NCBI GenBank assembly: GCA_963823915.1
Contig: CAWGNJ010000002.1
Span: forward strand, 335,192-399,191
DNA: 64,000 bases
Reading direction: 5' to 3'
Source: an uncultured Actinomycetota bacterium
GTDB taxonomy: Bacteria > Actinomycetota > Acidimicrobiia > Spongiisociales > UBA4744
Part shown: in pieces, positions 58,201 to 64,000 of the stretch
How positions within the stretch are numbered: position 1 is the stretch's first letter
How the letters are laid out: the number at the start of each line of letters is the position of its first letter
The notes under the pieces: model-generated
The model's input: only the letters and a program-made list of their open reading frames with translations
Told to the model about the DNA's origin: nothing
The model's database searches: none
Made by a program: the position numbers and the translations under genes

Positions 58201-60351
58201 CCGGCTAACAACACGGCGCAAGCGTCTGCGCTGGTGCTCGATGTTGATAGAGATGGTGACCAGGATTTTGCCCTGGCCGCTCGTCAACCCGGACCGGCCC
58301 TGGTCTGGTATCAAAGGACCGGATCCGGGTGGGTGGTTCACGTGATCGAGGACTCATCCTTGAACGTCGAGGCTGGGGGCACTTTCTTCGACATCGACCG
58401 GGATGGGGATCTCGATATCGTGGTTGGTGGAGAGTACGACCCGGAACTCTGGTGGTGGGAGAACCCTTATCCCTCGTTCGATCCGGGAACGAACTGGACC
58501 CGGCACTCGATCCACACTGGCAACGGGCGGTATCACGACCAGCTATTCGGTGACTTCGACGGCGACGGACAGACGGAGCTGGCTTTCTGGAATCAGAATC
58601 TGGTGCAGCAAGCCCCCGGAGGCACTCTCTATGTCGCGGAGATTCCCGCCGACCCGGCGGCCGCGGCTTCTTGGCCTGCCACGGCGGTGTACTCATGGTC
58701 GTCCGGCGAACCTCATGAAGGGTTGGCAAGCGGCGACCTGAACGGCGATGGCAAGATTGAACTTCTGGGTGGTGGTCTCTGGTTTGAGCACACGGGCGGA
58801 GCGACCTATCTGCCCCATGTGATCGACATCAATCAGCGCCAGAGTCGGGTCGCCGTCGCCCAACTAGTGGAGGGGGGACCTCCTGAGGTGGTTTTGGTGG
58901 GCGCAGACACCGTCGGTCCCCTGGTGTGGTACGAACTGGTGGGTGGCTTCTGGGAGGCGCACCAGATGATGCCGTGGGATGTCGACCACGGACACAGCCT
59001 TGACGTTGGTGACGTCGACGGTGACGGCCACCTGGACCTAGCCGTCTTTGAGATGCGTTTCCAGGACGGCAACGAGGACGCCAAAATGTGGTTGTTCATG
59101 GGTGATGGAACCGGAGGTTTTGCACGCCGCGAGTTGGATACCGGAGTGGGACATCACCAAGCGCAGTTGGGCGATCTCGATAACGACGGAGATCTCGACA
59201 TCCTGACCAAACCATGGGATTGGGACCTTCCCCGCCTTGACGTGTGGCTCCAAGACGGTTCCATTGCCGACCCCGCCTTGCCGCTCGACCAATGGCAACG
59301 GCACGTAATTGACCCTGCCAAGCCTGCCCGCAGTGTGTTCATTACTCCGGCCGATCTTGACGACGATGGATATGTCGATTTGGTCACTGGAGCCTGGTGG
59401 TATCGGAACCCCGGTGCACCGGACGGCAATTGGGTGCGTACGGAATTTGGCGATCCGCTCAACAATATGGCGGCCGTGGCCGATTTTGATGGTGATGGCG
59501 ATCCCGACATCGTCGGAACCCAGGGTGACGGTTCCGACATCGATCCGGCCTTTGCCTGGGCGCGCAACGAAGGCGACGGGGCCTTTACAACCCTGACCAA
59601 TCTCGAATCCGGCTCCGGAGACTTCCTCCAGGGAGTGGCCCTGGGCACTCTTGAGAATGGGCTCCCTTCCGTGGCGGTTTCTTGGCATGCCGGGGGACCC
59701 GTCGAAGCGCTCTCCATTCCGTCTGACCCGTCAACCGACCAGTGGGTCGTTCGGGAGTTGAGTCCGTCCGGCCAAGCCGAACAGCTCAGTGCTGCCGACA
59801 TTGACCGCGATGGTGATACCGACCTTTTGCTGGGGACGATCTGGCTCCGGAACGAGGGATCCACGTGGTCGACCCACTCGCTCACCTCGAGTACGGACAT
59901 CCCGGATCGGAATCGACTAGCCGACGTCAACCAGGACGGACGGCTCGACGCAATCGTGGGTTTCGAGGATCTCAACTCGCCCGACCGACAAGTCAGAGTC
60001 ACTTGGTTTGAGCAACCTGTCGATCCGACCGGCTTCTGGCTCGAACACGTGATTGACGTAACTACGGCGCCGATGAGTCTCGATGTGGCCGACATGGACG
60101 ATGACGGTGATCTGGATGTTGTGGTCGGCGAGCACGAGATTGTTGTCGCCAACGGCCGGTTATTTGTCTATGAGAACGCCGATGGGTTTGGAGAGACCTG
60201 GGTTAGACACCTGGTGTACACCGGAGACGAACACCATGACGGGTCACAAGCGGTCGATATTGATGCCGATGGTGACCTAGACATAGTTTCGATTGGCTGG
60301 TTCCACAACCGGGTGCTCGTCTACGAGAACCTGGCAATCGATGTTCCGTGA
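52228..60351 (+). CDS. giant secreted multi-domain repeat protein (LamG-like x3, Ig-like DUF5011-type x10, cadherin-like/Big_9-type x2, He_PIG-type Ig, cadherin repeat, 14-blade FG-GAP/VCBS region); putative Ca-dependent adhesin
   Basis: A single uninterrupted 2707-aa ORF. The N-terminal signal/TM reads [23 protein letters not shown]. The domains were read directly from the sequence (see findings). Twelve clear DxDxDG loops are present (for example [28 protein letters not shown] ... [10 protein letters not shown]). No LPXTG motif or C-terminal TM helix is present. The exact start is uncertain (TTG 52228 or ATG 52234). Confidence 0.85.
   Translation: [2707 protein letters not shown]
52435..57576 (+). 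repeat. intragenic tandem super-repeats: 1980-nt unit (52435-54414), 2469-nt unit (54415-56883), partial third unit (56884-~57576); nested 489-nt units
   Basis: Printed lines 52441-53160 and 54421-55140 are identical character for character. The 489-nt units start at 53131, 53620, 55111, 55600 and 56089. The third LamG copy differs at 3 synonymous sites. Confidence 0.9.
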
Positions 60352-60387
60352 TGCCCCGCTTTCGGCAGCCGTATCTAGTGCAAGCAC

Positions 60388-60406
60388 GCAGCCGCTCCTC
60401 GGCTGC
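60388..60406 (+). terminator. hairpin 36 nt downstream of the giant gene
   Basis: gcagccg-ctcct-cggctgc, followed by tcaattcc (a weak U-tract). Confidence 0.4.
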
Positions 60407-60764
60407 TCAATTCCCCGCGGGTAGGACCACCTCGTAGACCTCTCCTACCCGGGGCGCCCATCCGCCCCCCTCGGGTTGTGGACCGTCGCAACCGGAGTCG
60501 ATCATCCATTCGGGGTCGGCGTTTGACACGATTGGATGATCGGGACCCCACTCAGTTCGAATCTCTACCCAGAAGTCATCTCAAACGACCTGCTCGACGG
60601 CGGGTTCGGGGATGGTGGCAGTTGCGAGACCGAACTGGGGCGCGAGCGAAGACCGGTGACCTGAAACTTGAAGCCTGAAACGGCTCACCGAAGGTGAGCC
60701 TTGATGACCGTGCACTCTGCCGTCGAATGACATCACCCGGCGCTTCCCGAGTCGCCGGCTCCAG

Positions 60765-60860
60765 CCAGGCACCCCTGCGGCACCCGAGACCGGTCGCTTA
60801 GGGCTGCTTCCTTCCGGACCTGACCCGATTCACGAAGTCCCGCCGCGCAGGACCCGGCCT
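60765..60860 (-). ncRNA. ffs: signal recognition particle RNA (4.5S-type core; boundaries approximate)
   Basis: The reverse complement contains GGTCAGGTCCGGAAGGAAGCAGCC, the conserved SRP helix-8 motif with the GGAA tetraloop. It is flanked by complementary arms (cctgcgcggcggg... / ...gccgcagggg). Confidence 0.65.
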
Positions 60861-60979
60861 TCAACGCTGCGTGCTCGGTGCTGACCCGAATGGTGGCACC
60901 CTCGGGCAGAGATTCGGCCCCGCTTGTAGAGGTTTTCGGGTACAGGGCACCCCTAGCGCCCCGCCTAGCACGATCAGTT

Positions 60980-61092
60980 CAAGGGTACTACGTACCCTTG
61001 AGTCATCAGTTATCAGTCGTCAGTCTGACAACTGAGAGAGAGGGGCCCTGGCCCCGAGCTACTGATAACTGAGAGCAACCCGGCGAAGCCGG
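60980..61092. repeat. micro-repeat block next to tRNA-Ser(CGA)
   Basis: caagggtac-tac-gtacccttg (60980-61000); agtcatc agttatc agtcgtc agtctga caactga (61001-61035); ggggcc-ctg-gcccc; cccggc-gaa-gccggg (61078-61092). Confidence 0.85.
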
Positions 61093-61128
61093 GAATGCGG
61101 ACGGGGTCGGCCGGAGGCCGGCCTTTCG

Positions 61129-61219
61129 CGGAGGGAGAGGGATTCGAACCCTCGAGGGCGGGTAAACGCCCTACGGCATTTCGAGTGCCGCGCACTAGGC
61201 CGGACTATGCGATCCCTCC
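61129..61219 (-). tRNA. tRNA-Ser (anticodon CGA)
   Basis: Reverse complement: GGAGGGATCGCATAGTCCGGCCTAGTGCGCGGCACTCGAAATGCCGTAGGGCGTTTACCCGCCCTCGAGGGTTCGAATCCCTCTCCCTCCG. The anticodon arm is CGGCA-CTCGAAA-TGCCG. It has a long variable arm. Confidence 0.9.
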
Positions 61220-61275
61220 GGTGGCGAGGATTGTAACGTGGCGGAAATGTCACAAGGACAAGGCGAGGTGTAGCA

Positions 61276-62484
61276 GTGGGCGGGGAGATTCTTTCCGAAG
61301 TGGGCCGACTCCAAGCGGTGATAGTCCACCGACCTGATCTAGAACTGCACCGCTTGACTCCCGGCAACAAAGACGAGCTGCTCTTCGACGAATTGGTGTG
61401 GGTTGATAAGGCCCGCGAGGAGCATGATGCCTTCAGTGCCACGATCGCTCGATCCGGTGCACAGGTTTTGCATCTGTCGACGCTGCTCGAAGAGGTGTTG
61501 GTGGACCAGGAGTTGGCGGTCGAGTTCGTCGAGACCCACGTGAGCGACGATCTTTGCGGACGGCGTCTGGCCGACCGGGTTCGTCGTTTCCTCGTCGAAT
61601 TGCCGGTACCGGAGTTGGTTCGACACCTCATCGGTGGGGTGACCCTCGAAGAGGTGGGTGAGACCGAGGGTCTGGTGGCAGCCTTGCACGGCCCCGACGA
61701 TTTCATTCTCGCCCCGCTACCCAACGCGGTGTTCATGAGGGACTCCTCGGTTTGGGTCGGTAACGGCGTCATCCTCAGCCCCATGAATCGGATTGTTCGG
61801 CAACGTGAGACGGACCTTCTTCGCCTGGTTTACGCCTTCCATCCGCTGTTTGCCGACACCAGAATCTGGTTTGGTGATCAACCGGGTGAGCACTATCCGG
61901 CCTCGGTTGAGGGTGGCGACGTTCTGGTAGTCGCGGAGCGCGGCCTGGCCATCGGGATCTCCGAACGGACGACCCCTTCGGGTGCGGCCGCCTTGGCCGC
62001 CCGGCTCTTCGAAGAGGGTGTGGTCGATCGTATCCTGGCTGTGGAGCTGCCGAAAGCTCGCAGCACGATGCATCTCGACACAGTGGTGACCATGGTCGAC
62101 ACAGACGCCTTTGTCCTCTACCCCAAGATTCGTCAGCAAGTGCGGACGTTCGAGGTGACGCCGGCGGCCGACGGTCACCTCCGGGTAGTTGAGGTTTCCA
62201 GCCTTCTGGCTGGTCTGGAGTGGGCTACGGGATTGAGCGGGATCCGGTCGATCGAACCTCCGCTGCACAGCGTCCAGGCCGAGCGCGAGCAATGGAACGA
62301 CGCCAACAACACCTTTGCGCTGGCCCCCGGCGAGGTAATCGCCTACGAGCGGAATGTGGCCACCAACGAAGTGCTCGAGAGTGCCGGAATCACGGTTCGC
62401 CGGATCCCGTCGTACGAGTTGCCCCGGGGGAGAGGCGGTCCCCGGTGTATGACCTGTCCCGTGCGTAGGGATCCTGTCGGTTAG
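61276..62484 (+). CDS. arcA: arginine deiminase
   Basis: 402 aa with SEVGRLQAVIVHRPDLELHRLTP...LLFDELVWVDKAREEHDAF and the C-terminal catalytic Cys region LPRGRGGPRCMTCPVRR. Confidence 0.9.
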   Translation: MGGEILSEVGRLQAVIVHRPDLELHRLTPGNKDELLFDELVWVDKAREEHDAFSATIARSGAQVLHLSTLLEEVLVDQELAVEFVETHVSDDLCGRRLADRVRRFLVELPVPELVRHLIGGVTLEEVGETEGLVAALHGPDDFILAPLPNAVFMRDSSVWVGNGVILSPMNRIVRQRETDLLRLVYAFHPLFADTRIWFGDQPGEHYPASVEGGDVLVVAERGLAIGISERTTPSGAAALAARLFEEGVVDRILAVELPKARSTMHLDTVVTMVDTDAFVLYPKIRQQVRTFEVTPAADGHLRVVEVSSLLAGLEWATGLSGIRSIEPPLHSVQAEREQWNDANNTFALAPGEVIAYERNVATNEVLESAGITVRRIPSYELPRGRGGPRCMTCPVRRDPVG

Positions 62485-62942
62485 CTCCGGTGCTGCTCGA
62501 AGAATTCGTGTAACAGGCGTGCACTGTCCGCTTCGAGGACTCCGCTTTCCAACTCGATGTGATGGTTGAGGCGGCGATCTTGGGGGATGTTGTAGAGGCT
62601 CCAGGCGGCCCCGGCTTTGGGGTCGGGGGCACCAAAGACGATCCGTTCGAGGCGTGACCAGACAGAAGCTCCCGCGCACATGGCGCAGGGCTCGAGGGTC
62701 ACGACCAGGGTGTGCCCGGTCAGTCTCCAGTCCCCACGGGCCCGGGCGGCGGCCGAGAGCACCAGGATCTCGGCGTGGGCTGTGGGGTCTTGCAGTTCCT
62801 CGCGGCGGTTGTGGTCAGAAGCAACCACCCGCCCATCGGGGTTGAGCAGCACTGCTCCGACGGGCACGTCGCCGTGAGATGTGGCTCGGGCGGCCTCGGT
62901 GAGAGCGGCTTGCATGGCGGTTTCGAGTTGGGCTTGGTCCAT
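62481..62942 (-). CDS. tadA: tRNA-specific adenosine deaminase
   Basis: 153 aa with HAEILVL and PCAMCAG zinc ligands. It is adjacent to tRNA genes. Confidence 0.9.
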   Translation of the reverse strand: MDQAQLETAMQAALTEAARATSHGDVPVGAVLLNPDGRVVASDHNRREELQDPTAHAEILVLSAAARARGDWRLTGHTLVVTLEPCAMCAGASVWSRLERIVFGAPDPKAGAAWSLYNIPQDRRLNHHIELESGVLEADSARLLHEFFEQHRS

Positions 62943-62966
62943 GTCGCTTTACACTATGTCGCTGTT

Positions 62967-63057
62967 GGAGGGATCGCATAGTCTGGCCTAGTGCGCACGC
63001 CTGGAAAGCGTGTAGGGGGTTCACGCTCCCTCGAGGGTTCAAATCCCTCTCCCTCCG
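62967..63057 (+). tRNA. tRNA-Ser (anticodon GGA)
   Basis: GGAGGGATCGCATAGTCTGGCCTAGTGCGCACGCCTGGAAAGCGTGTAGGGGGTTCACGCTCCCTCGAGGGTTCAAATCCCTCTCCCTCCG. The anticodon arm is CACGC-CTGGAAA-GCGTG. Confidence 0.9.
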
Positions 63058-63059
63058 CG

Positions 63060-63137
63060 ACGACGCCGGGCAGTAGCCCGGCGTCGTACTTCGTACCTAG
63101 TACTTTGTACTTCGTACGGCGGCGGCGAAGCCGCCGC
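63060..63137. repeat. micro-repeat spacer between two tRNA-Ser genes
   Basis: 12-bp hairpin acgacgccgggc-agta-gcccggcgtcgt (63060-63087); acttcgt acctagt actttgt acttcgt (63088-63115); gcggcggc-gaa-gccgccgc (63119-63137). Confidence 0.85.
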
Positions 63138-63140
63138 ATT

Positions 63141-63229
63141 GGAGGGATGACCGAGCGGACGAAGGTGGCAGTCTTGAAAACTGCTGTGGGGTTCACGCCC
63201 CACCGTGGGTTCGAATCCCACTCCCTCCG
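63141..63229 (+). tRNA. tRNA-Ser (anticodon UGA)
   Basis: GGAGGGATGACCGAGCGGACGAAGGTGGCAGTCTTGAAAACTGCTGTGGGGTTCACGCCCCACCGTGGGTTCGAATCCCACTCCCTCCG. The anticodon arm is GCAGT-CTTGAAA-ACTGC. Confidence 0.9.
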
Positions 63230-63240
63230 CAGCGGCGTCT

Positions 63241-63276
63241 CCCCCCTAACGAGCGAAGCTCGTTGGGAAGGGGGGA
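63241..63276. repeat. nested hairpin with a ctaac motif, 3' of tRNA-Ser(UGA)
   Basis: cccccctaacgagc-gaa-gctcgttgggaagggggg: the inner stem is aacgagc/gctcgtt (63248-63264) and the outer arms are C6/G6. Confidence 0.8.
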
Positions 63277-63391
63277 GTGCCCGAACGTAGTGAGGGCGAG
63301 GGGAGCCGGTTCCCACCAAGAAACGGCCGACGGAGTCCGCCGTCCGGCAATCTCTGGCTCGCCATCAACGCGGTCCCGATACTGTTCTCTT

Positions 63392-63592
63392 GTGTACCCA
63401 CGTTGGTCCGATGAGATTCCCGCCGAAGCTGTGCCCCGCTACGGGCGGAAGGTCCGCCTTCTGGCGCTGATCGTCGTGATCACCTTGATACTTCTGACCG
63501 TGGTACCCGTGCTGGTCAGGGTGACCCGGCAAGAGCCCTCCGCTCCGACAATCACTCAACCCGGCGTCGTGGCGGCGCAAGCCCTCGAATAG
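63392..63592 (+). CDS. hypothetical small single-TM protein
   Basis: Taken from a GTG inside ORF 63263..63592. The TM helix is VRLLALIVVITLILLTVVPVLV. The 5' part of the ORF reads through repeat DNA. Support is weak. Confidence 0.3.
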   Translation: MYPRWSDEIPAEAVPRYGRKVRLLALIVVITLILLTVVPVLVRVTRQEPSAPTITQPGVVAAQALE

Positions 63593-63607
63593 CTCTCAGC
63601 CACGAGC

Positions 63608-63991
63608 TCAGTGAAGCAAGTACCGCGGGGTCTCTTGGCAATAGGCGTCGTATTCGGTGCCGAATACGCCCCGGAGATGGTCTTCTTCGCTGGTGATCAT
63701 CCAGTGCCCGAGTAGTACCCAGATCACAACCCACCCGGCGGCGTAGGCCGAGGGCCGATAGAAGACCACTCCCAACACCATCAGCCAACCCCCCACCATC
63801 TGCGGATTGCGGGAGAACCGATAAGGACCGCCGCGCAGCAACCCCCGCACCCGGAGCCCGAAGGCTCTTCCTATTCCGAACCAACCCATCGTTCCGAACG
63901 CCAACACCATTCCCGAGGCGACCAGAACCAAGGCGACGAGCCTGTTCCAGGTGCCGTTGGGCAGCCAATCCCAGGCCCATTCCGGCGGCAT
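63608..63991 (-). CDS. isoprenylcysteine carboxyl methyltransferase / phospholipid methyltransferase-family membrane protein (may extend beyond the window)
   Basis: GGPYRFSRNPQMVGGWLMVLG...GHWMITSEEDHLRGVFGTEYDAYCQETPRY matches the ICMT/PEMT C-terminal signature (RNPxY..., EE..L...FG..Y..Y). Confidence 0.6.
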   Translation of the reverse strand: MPPEWAWDWLPNGTWNRLVALVLVASGMVLAFGTMGWFGIGRAFGLRVRGLLRGGPYRFSRNPQMVGGWLMVLGVVFYRPSAYAAGWVVIWVLLGHWMITSEEDHLRGVFGTEYDAYCQETPRYLLH

Positions 63992-64000
63992 GTACAGGTA

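Noticed and set aside
55012-58341. Antisense ORF of 1109 aa (with siblings at 53032..54861 of 609 aa and 59154..60152 of 332 aa) opposite the giant gene
   Set aside because: The translations are monotonous His/Arg/Ile/Asn/Pro strings (…HRIRTGRRNIHPRSVNHQTQRTRLIISNHRPQLHIQ…) that repeat with the sense-strand modules. The frame stays open only because the sense strand is G+T-rich, so the antisense strand lacks stop codons. No domain-like sequence is present.
60407-60772. Minus-strand reading frame …ATIPEPAVEQVV-TGA-DDFWVEIRTEWGPDHPIVSNADPEWMIDSGCDGPQPEGGGWAPRVGEVYEVVLPAGN, as a selenoprotein or a gene remnant
   Set aside because: The part upstream of the TGA runs through the heptad/hairpin repeats and into the SRP RNA region, so it is not coding. 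The downstream 57 codons lack a start codon at their 5' end, and I see no SECIS-like hairpin directly after the TGA. At most it is a short remnant, which cannot be supported from sequence alone.
60861-60960. Extension of the SRP RNA into a long (Alu-domain) form
   Set aside because: The region upstream of the helix-8 core on the minus strand has some self-complementarity (cccgag…ttcggg). I could not recognise the conserved Alu-domain loops, so only the 4.5S-like core is reported.
61220-61275. CRP/ArgR-type operator (ttgtaacgtggcggaaatgtcacaa) upstream of arcA
   Set aside because: The inverted repeat is imperfect and its spacing does not fit TGTGA-N6-TCACA. Evidence without a motif scan is insufficient.

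Overview
This is a high-GC Actinomycetota-type chromosome segment centred on the replication origin; the class is uncertain, and the gene content would fit Acidimicrobiia. The gene order is the classic actinobacterial ori block. It runs cca ... stand-alone pseudokinase, sigM-like ECF sigma, anti-sigma, trxB, trxA, cwlM | parB-parA-rsmG-jag-yidC-yidD-rnpA-rpmH | dnaA-dnaN-recF-DUF721-gyrB-gyrA-DUF3566. A cobalamin riboswitch with a btuFCD-like ABC importer follows, then tRNA-Ile and tRNA-Ala, crgA, trpG, pknB-pbpA-rodA-pstP-fhaB-fhaA and tRNA-Leu. After serS come one 8.1 kb gene for a 2707-aa secreted repeat protein, SRP RNA, three tRNA-Ser genes, arcA and tadA. I found no phage, integrase, transposase, CRISPR or recognisable defence genes. 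Four things stand out. (1) About 63% of the giant gene is nucleotide-identical kb-scale tandem modules with an extreme G+T coding-strand bias. (2) A dispersed family of intergenic micro-repeats combines 7-nt phased arrays, perfect short hairpins with C(GAA)G triloops, and a CTAAC+GAGTTTSC hairpin next to tRNA genes; it includes a 0.8 kb repeat island at 440-1260. (3) Reading-frame breaks are densely clustered in essential genes (dnaN, recF, gyrB, gyrA and neighbours), and are most simply assembly indel errors. (4) Several degenerate or neofunctionalised-looking proteins occur: a pseudokinase, a HisA-like barrel with Asn at a catalytic Asp position, and a cyclase remnant. All calls come from reading the sequence and the ORF track; no database searches were run.
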